Positions 9,475 to 22,691 of a stretch of 64,000 nucleotides of DNA are shown here, one piece after another (the stretch's first letter is position 1; each line of letters starts with the position of its first letter). Below the pieces are notes generated by a model. That model had not been told where the DNA came from. It searched no databases and saw nothing but the letters and a program-made list of their open reading frames with translations. This DNA comes from Nannocystis bainbridge (lineage in GTDB: Bacteria; Myxococcota_A; Polyangia; Nannocystales; Nannocystaceae): assembly GCF_028368995.1 (NCBI RefSeq), contig NZ_JAQNDL010000001.1:3200001-3264000 (forward strand). The letters run 5' to 3'. A program made the position numbers and the translations under genes.

Positions 9475-9545
9475 TCGCGCTTTCGGGATCCCAACCCGCC
9501 GGAGGTCACCGCATGTCCCTCGGGACAGGCGAGACCTCCGCGGCC

Positions 9546-11657
9546 TCACTTGTCGGCGATGACCGCGAGCGAGCCGATGTTGCCGAAGCTGTCGCGCGCG
9601 CGCAGGACCACGCGGTGGCGGCCCGGGGCCAGCGGCTCCGGGAGGGTCAGCTGGAAGCCCTCGCGGCCGGTGTCGAACAGGCCGTCGCTGGGGCTGGCGG
9701 CGCGGAACGGGCCGCCGTCGACGCTGAACGCGACATCGTGGATCTGCCCGCCGTCGTCGCTCGCCGTGCCGGTGATCGCCAGGCCGCTGACCTTGACGCC
9801 GTCGATCGCGGGGCGCTTGTGGTCGACCAGGAACGGGGCCGAGACCACCTCGTCGCGGGCGGCGCGGGAGATGCCGTTGCTCGGCTCGTCGCTGGCGATC
9901 ACCTGCGCCTCGTAGACCCCGTCGGGCACGCTGCCGAGGTCCCACTTGTACTCTTTCTTGGTCACCGGGGCGGCGCCGCTGAGCGAGATCCACTCCTTGT
10001 CGGTCGTGCCCTCGGGGCGCACGCGGACCTCGTAGACCAGGTCGTCGTCGTCGCGCGCCTCGGCCTTCCACTTGATCGTCAGCTTGCCGTCGGGCTCGTC
10101 GTCGTCGGTCAGCTCGAACTCGGGCCGGGCCACGTCGACCCCGGCCACCAGCGGCGCCAGGTTCTCGGGGGCGTAGAACAGCTGCACGTCGCGCAGCTCG
10201 CCGCCGTCGGCCAGGGTCACCTCGAGCTCGACGAAGCGGCGGGTCGGCAGCGCCAGCGCGCCGGCCAGGGCGTCGCCGTCCTTCTTGAGGCTGACCGGCT
10301 TCCACTCGCTCCAGCGCTTGTCCGGCTCCTCGCCCGGGCCGCTGCGGGCGCGCAGCGTCAGGCCGCCGCCGCGCAGGTAGACCGCGCCGAACGTCGACGG
10401 CTGCTTGGCGTCGAGCACCTTTGTCCGGTACCTGGCCTTTTGGGCAGGTGCGACCGCGAGCCGATACGCGCCCGCGCCGTCGCCGGTGGTGGCCAGCGCC
10501 GCGCCGTCGCCGAGGCGGCACAGCGCGGTCGCCTGGCGCTCGTCGAGGTCGGCGACGGTGGCGACGTCGCGGCGGCCGCGGACCCGGTAGACCTTGCCCT
10601 GCTGCGACGCGGCGACCAGCACCTCGGAGCCCTTGCCGCCGGCCAGCAGCGACGTGAAGTACTGCTTGTCCTTGTGCAGCCACGACTCCCAGGTCGCCTC
10701 GGCCGCGCGGGCCAGGTCGCGCTTGGGGCCGAGGGCGACGAAGAACAGGTCGGCCGACGACTGCGCCCCGCCGCCGCCCGACGTCGCGTCGAGCGTGCCC
10801 TCGGCCGGCTGCCCGACCAGGCTGGTGCGGTTGAGGTTCTTCGTCAGCGCCTGCACCGACGACAGCCCGCGGTCGGTGAAGTCGTTGACGGCCGCGACCA
10901 GCCCGCCGTCGACCAACGCGAGCGCGCGGACCTCGTCGCCGGAGAAGTCGTGGACGAGGATGCCGTCGCTCGCGGGCCCGACCTGCAGCACCTTGGCGCC
11001 CGGCGAGGTCCCGACGATCACGTCCTTGCCGACCGGCAGCACCGCGAGGATGTCCTTCTCGTCGGAGTCGAGCACGACCTTCGGGTCCTTGCCGCTCATG
11101 TCGAGCGAGAACAGCTCGCCCTTGGGGCCGGTCCCGACCAGCAGGCGGCCCTCGTGCGGCACCAGGGCCCAGATCTGCTCGACCTGCAGCTTGGCGAACT
11201 CGCTGACCTTGCCCTTGGCGTCGACGCGGTGGATCGTGCCGCCGGGCAGCGTCGCCGCCAGCACGTCGCCGCCGGGCAGCGTCGTGATCGCCGACACCAC
11301 CGCGCCGGGCAGCTCGGCCAGCTTGCTCGCCGCCGGCGCGGCCCCGCCGGCCTTGCTCGGGGTCGTCAGCTTGATCCGCTGCACCCCCGCGCGGTCGGCC
11401 GTGCCGAGGTACACCGCGCCCTTGTCCTTCGGGTCGGCGACGCACGAGAACACGCTCGCCGCGCCCTTCACCTCGCCGCGCGCCGGCACCAGGCCGACCG
11501 TGACCTTGCCCGAGCCCTCGATCGCCGCGCCCTCGGCCTCGCCGGCGTCGAAGTCGTCGAAGTCGCCGAGGTGGAAGCTGCGCGTCCCGCCGGCCCCCGC
11601 GCTCGCGGGCGTGAGGGCGAGCAGCGCCGCGAGCGAAACATATGTACGAAAGGACAT
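9546..11657 (-). CDS. Secreted beta-propeller protein with C-terminal FN3/Ig-like domains
   Basis: Signal peptide; repeated IWAL/ILAV..LLVGT blades; VPDGVYEAQVIASD; YEVRVR. Confidence 0.75.
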   Translation of the reverse strand: MSFRTYVSLAALLALTPASAGAGGTRSFHLGDFDDFDAGEAEGAAIEGSGKVTVGLVPARGEVKGAASVFSCVADPKDKGAVYLGTADRAGVQRIKLTTPSKAGGAAPAASKLAELPGAVVSAITTLPGGDVLAATLPGGTIHRVDAKGKVSEFAKLQVEQIWALVPHEGRLLVGTGPKGELFSLDMSGKDPKVVLDSDEKDILAVLPVGKDVIVGTSPGAKVLQVGPASDGILVHDFSGDEVRALALVDGGLVAAVNDFTDRGLSSVQALTKNLNRTSLVGQPAEGTLDATSGGGGAQSSADLFFVALGPKRDLARAAEATWESWLHKDKQYFTSLLAGGKGSEVLVAASQQGKVYRVRGRRDVATVADLDERQATALCRLGDGAALATTGDGAGAYRLAVAPAQKARYRTKVLDAKQPSTFGAVYLRGGGLTLRARSGPGEEPDKRWSEWKPVSLKKDGDALAGALALPTRRFVELEVTLADGGELRDVQLFYAPENLAPLVAGVDVARPEFELTDDDEPDGKLTIKWKAEARDDDDLVYEVRVRPEGTTDKEWISLSGAAPVTKKEYKWDLGSVPDGVYEAQVIASDEPSNGISRAARDEVVSAPFLVDHKRPAIDGVKVSGLAITGTASDDGGQIHDVAFSVDGGPFRAASPSDGLFDTGREGFQLTLPEPLAPGRHRVVLRARDSFGNIGSLAVIADK

Positions 11658-11692
11658 GCGCGAAGGGACAGTCATGATCGAGCTTGGACGGT

Positions 11693-13570
11693 TCAATCGG
11701 AGGACGGCGCGGCGAACTTCCGCTTCGGCTTGACGCTGACCTTGAGCGTGTGCTCGCCCTCGATCAGCGACGGGCGCGGGATCACCCGCCGCGCCATCTG
11801 CTTGAAGCGGACCGCCGACGTGGTGCTGCCGGTGTGCGCGAGGCTCTCGAGCACGCTGGCCGGCAGCTCGGGCAGGAGCCCGTGGCGGGTCGAGAGGCCC
11901 TCGGCCTCGCGGTAGATCGTGGCGACCAGGCTGCGCGGCGGATAGGTGTCCTGCAGCGTGTCGATCAGGTCGTCGAGCGAGTCGGGCATGGGCCGCGGCG
12001 GGCGGGCGTTGTCGCCGCCGGTGACCTCGATCTGGATGTCCTGGTCGGCGGCGTCGTCGGGCACGCGCAGCGACAGGCTCTCCTCGCGGGCGGCCCCGCG
12101 GTAGTCGCGGAGGCGCAGCTCGAGCGTCACCAGGTCGCCGGCGTGGACATCGGCGTCGGCCAGCCGCACCGACTCGAGGATGTCGACCGGGCTGTCGTAG
12201 CGCAGCGTCGCCGTCTGGCGCACGCCTCGCAGCTTGGCGACCTCGAAGTCGTTGTTGAGCAGCGCCGCCATGATGAGCGCCCCACGGCCGCGGCCGAGCG
12301 CGCGCGCGTCGACCCCGGCGGGGAAGAACTCCTCGTGCTTGACCGTGACGGTGCGCGGGCCCTTGCTGGTCGTGACATCGATCTGGTGCACGATCTCGGC
12401 CACTACCTCGGTGCCGTCGCCCGCGCCCTCGCCGAGCGCGTCGACCAGCAGGCTGGCCGCCAGCGCCGGCGTGAGGTCGACGCCGAGCGCGACCTCGCTG
12501 TGATAGACGCGCGGAGGCATATCGGGCTCCGGCGCGCGCAGCTCGGTGGTCACCGGGATCATCGGCGCGCCGACGTCGGTGCGCAGAGAGATCGCCGCCT
12601 GGCGGTCCTGGATCATCGAGCCGCGCACGTGCAGCGCGCTCGACAGCTTCACCGAGCGCTCGACGCTGGGGATGATCACGTGGACCCGCGCGTCGGCGAT
12701 CGGCAGGTTGCTCGGACCGGCGCCGAGCATCTCGTGGCCGAACGCCAGCAGCTTCTCGCCCTGCTTGCCGCCGACCCACGTCACCGTGCCGTTGGGCGCG
12801 ACCGCGTTGTCGCCGCGGATCAACACTACCGACACCGAGTCGCCGCCCTGCCACGTCTTGGCCGGCGCCGTCTTGGCGTCGCCGACGGCCGTGCCCCCGC
12901 TGCCCCCGCGCGCGGGCACGAGGCCGAGCGTGTCGGCGAGGAAGCGAGTCGCCGCCGAGCCGAGGCCGCTCACCGACATCGGCGCGCCGAGCGGCGCCAG
13001 GCCGCCCTGCGGGGTCAGGTCGTCGGGACGGCGGCGCGGCGGCAGCGGGGTGGTGTCGAGCCCGAGCATCGCGTCGGCCCAGCCGGCGGCGCCGGGCCGG
13101 GCGGTCCCGCGGATCTTGTTGTGCGGCAGCACGTCTGGCCGAAAGGGCAGGTCGCCGACGGCGAACATGTTGCTCATCGGCGTGATGCCGCCGATCGGGT
13201 CCTTGTTGAAGCGGTAGCCGTAGGCGAGCGCGCCGACCAGCTTGCCGTCGATGTAGATCGGGCTGCCGCTCATGCCGCCGACGATGCCGGAGTGGACCAT
13301 CCGCGGATCCGACGAGCGGAACAGGATCGCGTCCTGGCGCGGCAAATAATCGCGGATGACGTCGACGACCTCGATCTCGAAGCGGTCGGTGCCGGTGCCG
13401 GAGAACACAGTGACCGCGTAGCCCTTCATGCCGGGGCGCACGTCGTCCACGGGCATGATGTCGGGCCGGGCGGCCGAGGCGGGGCGCAGCGCCAGGGCGC
13501 CGAGCACGGCGAACCCGGCGGCGCAGCGGCGAACGATGCGACGCACGTTCCGGGGCTCAGGACTTGGCAT
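11693..13570 (-). CDS. SpoIVB (peptidase S55) domain protein
   Basis: VRPGMKGYAVTVF, GIVGGMSGSPIYIDGKLVGALAY, LLAFGH. Confidence 0.88.
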   Translation of the reverse strand: MPSPEPRNVRRIVRRCAAGFAVLGALALRPASAARPDIMPVDDVRPGMKGYAVTVFSGTGTDRFEIEVVDVIRDYLPRQDAILFRSSDPRMVHSGIVGGMSGSPIYIDGKLVGALAYGYRFNKDPIGGITPMSNMFAVGDLPFRPDVLPHNKIRGTARPGAAGWADAMLGLDTTPLPPRRRPDDLTPQGGLAPLGAPMSVSGLGSAATRFLADTLGLVPARGGSGGTAVGDAKTAPAKTWQGGDSVSVVLIRGDNAVAPNGTVTWVGGKQGEKLLAFGHEMLGAGPSNLPIADARVHVIIPSVERSVKLSSALHVRGSMIQDRQAAISLRTDVGAPMIPVTTELRAPEPDMPPRVYHSEVALGVDLTPALAASLLVDALGEGAGDGTEVVAEIVHQIDVTTSKGPRTVTVKHEEFFPAGVDARALGRGRGALIMAALLNNDFEVAKLRGVRQTATLRYDSPVDILESVRLADADVHAGDLVTLELRLRDYRGAAREESLSLRVPDDAADQDIQIEVTGGDNARPPRPMPDSLDDLIDTLQDTYPPRSLVATIYREAEGLSTRHGLLPELPASVLESLAHTGSTTSAVRFKQMARRVIPRPSLIEGEHTLKVSVKPKRKFAAPSSD

Positions 13571-14120
13571 GGCGTTCGAGGGCTTGACGCATTGCGCCGA
13601 CGAGGTCGTCGTGCGGCGAATAGTAGTACTTGTAACGGCGACGCGAGGCGTTCAGCAGCTCGCGGTCGAGCTCGCCGGCGGAGTCGAAGAACAGCACGCG
13701 CGGGACGTAGCGGCCGTCGGGGCCGTACTGCTGGCTCGTCGGCTCGAGGTCCTGGTCGACGTTGATCATCACGAAGCGGTCGGTCAAAGCGACCAGCGCC
13801 GGGTCGGAGAAGGCCGGCCGCAGCGCCTTGCACTGCGAGCACCACGACGCGTGCACGACCAGCATGATCGGCCGACCCTCGCTCGCGGCTTCGCGGAAGC
13901 CCTCGTCGAGGCCGCGCCAGGCGATGGCGTCGCCGAAGCCGTTGGCCGGGGCGGTGGCGGTGCGCGCCTTCGCGGCGGGGGCCGGCGCAGGCGCAACAGC
14001 GGGCGAGCTATGCTCGGCGGCGGTCGATGGCTCGCCGCCGCAGCCGGAGAGGAGGACCGCGCCGCCTGCCGCGACGGCAGGTGCGAGGGCGAGCGCGAGG
14101 ACCAGGCGGGTCGAGGTCAC
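13557..14120 (-). CDS. Thioredoxin-family lipoprotein
   Basis: Lipobox LSGC, HASWCSQCK, YVPRVLFFD; GTG start inferred. Confidence 0.8.
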   Translation of the reverse strand: MTSTRLVLALALAPAVAAGGAVLLSGCGGEPSTAAEHSSPAVAPAPAPAAKARTATAPANGFGDAIAWRGLDEGFREAASEGRPIMLVVHASWCSQCKALRPAFSDPALVALTDRFVMINVDQDLEPTSQQYGPDGRYVPRVLFFDSAGELDRELLNASRRRYKYYYSPHDDLVGAMRQALERHAKS

Positions 14121-14273
14121 GGCCTGCAACCATACCACGCGCGATCTGCGAGATCCCGCGGCGAAGCAGCCACGGGCGCGCGCGCGTCGACGCGGCGGCA
14201 CCCGAGCCCGCGTGCGCCCCCTCATGAGATGGTTGCCGCCACCGCGCCGCCGTGTTGTCATCCTTCCTCCAGG

Positions 14274-17297
<3,024 letters not shown>

Positions 17298-17299
17298 GA

Positions 17300-17428
17300 T
17301 GCTCTTCGGGACATGTCCGTGAGGGCATGTCCCGAGCGACAGCTCGACTGAGGCTCTGCCCCACCGATCTACAGTGCTTCGGGACATGACTCCGAGGTTA
17401 TGTCCGCGCGAGCATGTCCGCGCCACAG
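17300..17428. repeat. Head-to-tail arrays of the 14-bp palindrome
   Basis: Abutting units at 17300, 17314, 17328 and at 17373, 17387, 17401. Confidence 0.8.
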
Positions 17429-17616
17429 ATTTTTCGTCGGCGATGCCGGTCCGCGACGGCGCTCGCCGGGCATCGTGATGACCTGGCCCGAGGGACAGCT
17501 TTCCCTCATCCGGCCAGCGGGCGGGCCGGGTGGCCAGCCGGCGGGACACCGCGTGACCGCGGCGCCGCGTCGGCGCCGGCTTTTTCGCTGGCACGCGGCT
17601 TGAAGTCCTTCGGGAC

Positions 17617-18348
17617 ATGTCCCAAGGGAGTGGTCAAGACTGCGGCGAAGACGAACCGGAGGCCCGCGCGCGGGCGATCGAGCGGCCCCGCGAGCGCATG
17701 TACACGTTCGGGCCGGCGGTGCTGAGCAACGTCGAGCTGGTCGCGCTGCTGCTCGGCGGCGGACGGGCCGAGCAGCGGGCGCTGGGGCTGCTGCAGCGGC
17801 TCGGCGGGCTGTCGGGGTTGATGCGCGGGCTGCCGCAGGAGCTGGCCGAGTCGCCGGGGATCGGCGAGGCCTCGGCGACCGCGGTGTGCGCGGCGGTCGA
17901 GCTGGCGCGGCGCATCGGTCAGCTCCAGCTCCCGGTCGAGGCGGCGGTGCGCGGCTCCGACGACGTGCGCCGGTTCGTCCACGCCCACCTGCGCGGCCGC
18001 TCGCAGGAGGTGTTCATGATCCTGGGCCTCGACAGCCGGCGGCGGATCCGCCTGATCAAGGAGGTCGGCCTCGGCAGCGTCGCCCATGTCCACGTCCACC
18101 CGCGCGAGGTGTTCCGCCCGCTGACCCAGGCCGGTGCTCACTCGGTGATCCTCGTCCACAACCACCCCAGCGGCGAGCCGAACCCCAGCGAGAGCGACGT
18201 CGGCCTCACCCATCGCCTGGTCGAGTGCGGCTGGCTGATGGGCATCCCCGTGGTCGACCACCTCATCGTCACCGACGGCGGCTGCACGTCCATGCTGGCC
18301 CTCGGGCTGCTCCCCGAGGCCCCGCTGCACCCGGAGGCCCCGCTGTGA
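17617..18348 (+). CDS. radC: RadC/JAB domain protein
   Basis: ERPRER..GPAVLSNVEL, VHPREVF, HNHPSG.PNPSESD, VDHLI. Confidence 0.92.
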   Translation: MSQGSGQDCGEDEPEARARAIERPRERMYTFGPAVLSNVELVALLLGGGRAEQRALGLLQRLGGLSGLMRGLPQELAESPGIGEASATAVCAAVELARRIGQLQLPVEAAVRGSDDVRRFVHAHLRGRSQEVFMILGLDSRRRIRLIKEVGLGSVAHVHVHPREVFRPLTQAGAHSVILVHNHPSGEPNPSESDVGLTHRLVECGWLMGIPVVDHLIVTDGGCTSMLALGLLPEAPLHPEAPL

Positions 18349-18391
18349 CCACGCTGCCGCGCGCGCGCGAATCGTGCTACGTCCTCGCGCC

Positions 18392-19171
18392 ATGGACCTC
18401 GGTCTCCAGCACAAAGTCGCGATCGTCACCGGCGGCAGCGAGGGCATCGGGCGCGCCACCGCCCGCGCGCTCGCGCTGGCCGGGGCCCGCGTGGTCATCT
18501 GCGCCCGCCGGCCCGAGGTGCTCACCGCGGCGATGCACGAGCTGTCCGCCGAGACCGGCTCCGAGGTGCTCGCCATGCCGGTCGACGTGCGCGAGCCGGC
18601 CGACGTCATGCGCCTCGTCGACGGGGTGGTCGCCCGCCTCGGCCGCATCGATGTCCTCGTCAACAACGCCGGCACCGCGGCCGCGGGCCCGTTCGAGTCG
18701 ATCACCGACGACGCCTGGCAGGACGACCTCGACCTCAAGCTGTTCGCCGCGCTGCGCCTGGTCCGCCTGGTCATCCCGCACATGCGCAAGGCCGGCGGCG
18801 GCAGCATCGTCAACCTGCTCAACATCGGCGCCCGTCAGCCTGCGGCCCGCTCGATGCCGTCGTCGGTCAGCCGCGCCGCCGGTCTGGCCCTCTCCAAGGC
18901 GCTGTCCAAAGAGCTCGCGCCCGACCAGATCCGCGTCAACGCGGTGCTCATCGGCCTGGTCAAGAGCGGTCAGCACGACCGCAAGCGCAACCCCAGCCTC
19001 GACCGTGACCGCTTCTACGCCGACATGGCCCGCCAGGGCCAGGTCCCCCTCGGCCGCGTCGCCGAGGCCGAAGAAGCCGCCGACCTCATCACGTTCCTGG
19101 CGTCAGCCCGCGCGGCGTTCATCACCGGCACGGCGATCAACTTCGACGGCGGCGCCAGCGCGGTGCCGTGA
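18392..19171 (+). CDS. SDR family oxidoreductase
   Basis: TGGSEGIG, LVNNAG, IRVNAV, FITG..INFDGG. Confidence 0.9.
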   Translation: MDLGLQHKVAIVTGGSEGIGRATARALALAGARVVICARRPEVLTAAMHELSAETGSEVLAMPVDVREPADVMRLVDGVVARLGRIDVLVNNAGTAAAGPFESITDDAWQDDLDLKLFAALRLVRLVIPHMRKAGGGSIVNLLNIGARQPAARSMPSSVSRAAGLALSKALSKELAPDQIRVNAVLIGLVKSGQHDRKRNPSLDRDRFYADMARQGQVPLGRVAEAEEAADLITFLASARAAFITGTAINFDGGASAVP

Positions 19172-19301
19172 GGCCGCCGAGCCTGCCTCGGCGCGTGTCC
19201 TTCGGGACATGCTTCGAGAGAACCGGCCGACGTCGCTCGGCGATGGATGTCTCTCGACACATCTCCTTCCTGCCGAACCTGTCCCTCAGGACATCCTCTC
19301 T

Positions 19302-20255
19302 TCAAGCGTCCTGCGGATCGCCCTCGCGGGCCCGTCCGCGGCGCGTCCTCGCGGCCGGGAGCGCGGCCAGGCGCGGGATCCCGGCGGCCGCAGCGGCGAA
19401 GAACTCCGGATCGAGCTCGACCCCGACGCTCTCGTAGCCGACCGCGACCGCGGCCGCGATCGTCGAGCCGCCGCCCATGAACGGGTCGAGCACCACGCCG
19501 CGGCCGAGCGGCAAGGCAGCACGCACCAGCTGCCGCATCAGCGCCTGCGGCTTGAGCGAGGGGTGAGGCGAGAGCGCGCGCTCCTCGGGCCGGGTCGGCG
19601 CGGAGGCGATGACGTCGGCGAACGGCTGGTCAGCGGAGATCCGCCGCAACCCACCGGTGCCCCACCGGCGCAGGTTGTCCTGGACGCGGCCCTCGCACGG
19701 CTTGCGAAACAGCCCCCACGGCTCCCACGCGGACCGCGGCATGACTGTGACGTCGGCGAACTCCTCGTGGGCGTTCTTCGGCCGGTCGCCGCCGCGCAAG
19801 GTCTGGACCAGGCGGATGATCTCGGCCCGCTTCTCGAACCCGGCCGCGAGGAACGGCCCGTACACGAGGTGCGAGAGCAGCGGGTTGCCGGCGATGAACA
19901 CGTGCGCGCCAGGGACCAGCACGCGCATGGCCCGGGCGGCGAAGTCGGCGAAGAACCGGGCCATGGCGTCACGCTCGTCGGCCGACAGGACGGTGAAGCG
20001 CGGCAGCGGGCTGCGGGTGCTGCCGTCCATGGTCGGGGGGATCCGCCACACCCCGCCGTGACCGCTGCGCAGCTTGGCAGTCTCGAGCGCGGTGTATTCC
20101 TTGAGGCCGTAGGGCGGGTCGGTGACGATCGCGTGGATCGATCTCTCGGGCTGCGCGGCCATCCAGCGCAGGCCGTCCGCCCGCACCAGCGTGTACGCGG
20201 CCTCGCCGAGCCGGTGCGAGCTCGAGACGAAGCTTTCCTGGTCGGTCGCGACCAC
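19302..20255 (-). CDS. Beta-class N4/N6 DNA methyltransferase
   Basis: Catalytic TDPPY near the N-terminus, HPSLKP, SAM-binding VLDPFMGGGS near the C-terminus. Confidence 0.9.
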   Translation of the reverse strand: MVATDQESFVSSSHRLGEAAYTLVRADGLRWMAAQPERSIHAIVTDPPYGLKEYTALETAKLRSGHGGVWRIPPTMDGSTRSPLPRFTVLSADERDAMARFFADFAARAMRVLVPGAHVFIAGNPLLSHLVYGPFLAAGFEKRAEIIRLVQTLRGGDRPKNAHEEFADVTVMPRSAWEPWGLFRKPCEGRVQDNLRRWGTGGLRRISADQPFADVIASAPTRPEERALSPHPSLKPQALMRQLVRAALPLGRGVVLDPFMGGGSTIAAAVAVGYESVGVELDPEFFAAAAAGIPRLAALPAARTRRGRAREGDPQDA

Positions 20256-20483
20256 GCGCGCGCGAGCCTACCACGCACCGGCGCCCGCACCGACGCGCGG
20301 TCCGCTGGCTCCGCGAGCCTCGCCAGCGCGCGCGACCTGCGGACGCTCGCCGAGCGCCTCACGACGCCCAGTCGAGCCCAGCGCTCGCTCAGCCCGCGAA
20401 CGTGCGCCGAGCGGGCCACGAGACCGCGGCCCGCCTCGGGCGAGCGCGACCCGCGGGCCTTGCAAAGGTGCTCGGCCTGCCCC

Positions 20484-21395
20484 TCAGACCAACTCGGCGC
20501 GCAGGAACTCGCCGATCTTGCGGATCGCCCGCCGGGCCTCGGGGAGCAGACTCGGGAACGCCTGAAACACGTGGATCATGCCGTCCCAGATCTCGAGCTC
20601 GACCCGACCCTGCGCCGCCCGCACGCGCTCGGCCAGGCGGATCGAGTCGTCGTGCAGGACCTCGCGCGTGCCGACCTGGATCAGGATCGGCGGCAGGCCG
20701 CGCAGGTCGGCGTGGATCGGCGAGATCAGCGGGTGCCGCGGGTCGCCGTCGGGGCCGACGTAGTAGCGGCCGAACGCGGCCATGTCGCCGCCGAGCATCG
20801 GGTCGAGAGCGGCGCGCGTGCGCACCGACTCGCCCGTGGCCGCGAGGTCGGTCCACGGCGACAGCATGAACGCGGCGGCCGGCAGCGGCAGCGTCCCGGC
20901 GTCGCGCAGGCGCACCAGCGTGGCCGCGGTCAGCCCCCCACCCGCCGAGTCGCCGCCGATGGCGATCGAGCCGGGCGAATAGCCCTGGTCCAGGAGCCAT
21001 GTGTATCCGGACATGGCGTCGTCGAGCGCGGCCGGGTACGGGTACTCGGGGGCGAGCCGGTAGTCGAGGGCGAGCACGCGGACACGGGCCTCGCGGCTCA
21101 GAGCGGCCGTCAGCATCCGGTGCGAGGCGGGCGAGCCGGCGACGTAACCACCGCCGTGGAGGTAGAGCAGGACCTTGTCGGCGCGGGCCCCGACGGCGTG
21201 GATCCACTCGCCCGGGACGCCGCCGACCTCGGCCGGCTCGACGTACACGCCAGGCGGCAAGCGGCCCTGCCGGACCCCGCGCTCGATGGTCTTGCGCACG
21301 CCCTTGTAGCTGTCCGGCGTGAACTCGCCGATCGGGTGGCGGCGGCGCCAGTAGCGGATCATCTGGTACAGGAGGTGGCTCTGCAGGCTTGCCAT
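20484..21395 (-). CDS. Alpha/beta hydrolase (HSL-family esterase)
   Basis: HGGG, GDSAGG, C-terminal HVF catalytic His. Confidence 0.92.
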   Translation of the reverse strand: MASLQSHLLYQMIRYWRRRHPIGEFTPDSYKGVRKTIERGVRQGRLPPGVYVEPAEVGGVPGEWIHAVGARADKVLLYLHGGGYVAGSPASHRMLTAALSREARVRVLALDYRLAPEYPYPAALDDAMSGYTWLLDQGYSPGSIAIGGDSAGGGLTAATLVRLRDAGTLPLPAAAFMLSPWTDLAATGESVRTRAALDPMLGGDMAAFGRYYVGPDGDPRHPLISPIHADLRGLPPILIQVGTREVLHDDSIRLAERVRAAQGRVELEIWDGMIHVFQAFPSLLPEARRAIRKIGEFLRAELV

Positions 21396-21416
21396 GTGTC
21401 CCTCAAGACATGTTCT

Positions 21417-22529
21417 TCAGGCCAGAGAATGAACGAGCGCGCCGGTGTCGATCGGGGCGACGGTGTAGCGCGGCCCGATGCCCCAGGCCAGCGGAGAGCG
21501 GACGAAGGGCGAGGAGCAGTAGATGTTGGGGACCTCGCCGCCGGCGTCGCCGCGATCGACGATCGCCTTCTCGAGCACCATGGAGGTGTACTGCGACATG
21601 CTGCTCTCGAGCGCGTTACCGTTGAGGACGACCTCGGCGCCGTACTTGACGGCGTGCTCGCGCAGGCTGCGGAGGCCGGAGGCGCGCGGCAAATAGCTCT
21701 CGGGGCAGAGGCCGTTCTCGGAGATGGCGAACACGCCGCGGCCGGCGGCGTGGAAGACGATCGAGTGGTTGCCGAGCGTGTGCCCCGGGGTCCACACCAG
21801 CGCGAGCCCCTTGCCGAGCCACACCGAGCCCTCGACGACGACGATCCGCTCGGCCGGCACGCCGTCGAGCGCCTCTTCGATCCACCACGGCCGCTGCAGC
21901 GGGTGCAGCGCCTGCAGGGTCTCGAGCTCGCGGCGATTGACGATCAGCCGCGCGTTCGGATAGAGCGGCGGCCGCCCGTCTTCGCCGACGAGGCCGCGCC
22001 GCAGGTCCTGGACGTGCAGGTGGTCGAAGGTGACGTAGTCGATCTTGGCCGGGTCGACGCCGAGCCGCTTGCGCGCCAGCGCTGCCGGGCCGTCGGCCCT
22101 TCGCAGCAGCTCGGGCGACAGCACCGGCAGCAGGTCGCGGCGCAGCTGGTCGAAGAAACCTGCCCTCGCGGACAGGTCGGCCTCGCTCGGGTTGACGAAG
22201 ATCGTGCGCGCCTGCCCGCTCCAGTCCTCGAACTCGATCAGGTTGCAGCGGTTGCGCATCAGCAGGTACTTCGCCCGGGTCGGCGGCGCCTGCCAGAAGC
22301 CGAACGCGACCGGGTACGGGAACGGCAGCAGGTCGATCGTTCGGAAGCCGCGGACGGGGCCGTCGCCGCGGAACTGGCGGGCGAAGGCCTCGCCGCGGGC
22401 GCGCATGTCCTCGAGGCGAAACCCGGGCCGCTGCTCGCGCCAGCCGTCGTCGAGCTCGGGGATGGCGCGAAAGTTGGCGGGCAGCTCCGCCGCGCGCGGC
22501 GCCGGGACGGTGGAGCTCTCGAACGGCAT
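21417..22529 (-). CDS. Metallo-beta-lactamase-fold protein
   Basis: DHLHVQD, TPGHT.GN. Confidence 0.75.
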   Translation of the reverse strand: MPFESSTVPAPRAAELPANFRAIPELDDGWREQRPGFRLEDMRARGEAFARQFRGDGPVRGFRTIDLLPFPYPVAFGFWQAPPTRAKYLLMRNRCNLIEFEDWSGQARTIFVNPSEADLSARAGFFDQLRRDLLPVLSPELLRRADGPAALARKRLGVDPAKIDYVTFDHLHVQDLRRGLVGEDGRPPLYPNARLIVNRRELETLQALHPLQRPWWIEEALDGVPAERIVVVEGSVWLGKGLALVWTPGHTLGNHSIVFHAAGRGVFAISENGLCPESYLPRASGLRSLREHAVKYGAEVVLNGNALESSMSQYTSMVLEKAIVDRGDAGGEVPNIYCSSPFVRSPLAWGIGPRYTVAPIDTGALVHSLA

Positions 22530-22691
22530 CGCGGCCACCTTATCGCGCCGGCGAGCGGCCGTCAGCGGCGCAGAGGCATGGGCCGCACGCAGCTTCATGG
22601 GCGCGCGCTCGCCAGGGCGGCGACGCTCACGCTCCACGCCAGAAATTCAGCGCGTAGCGGCAGCCTCACGCCCGGCGGCGACCCGCTCGCG

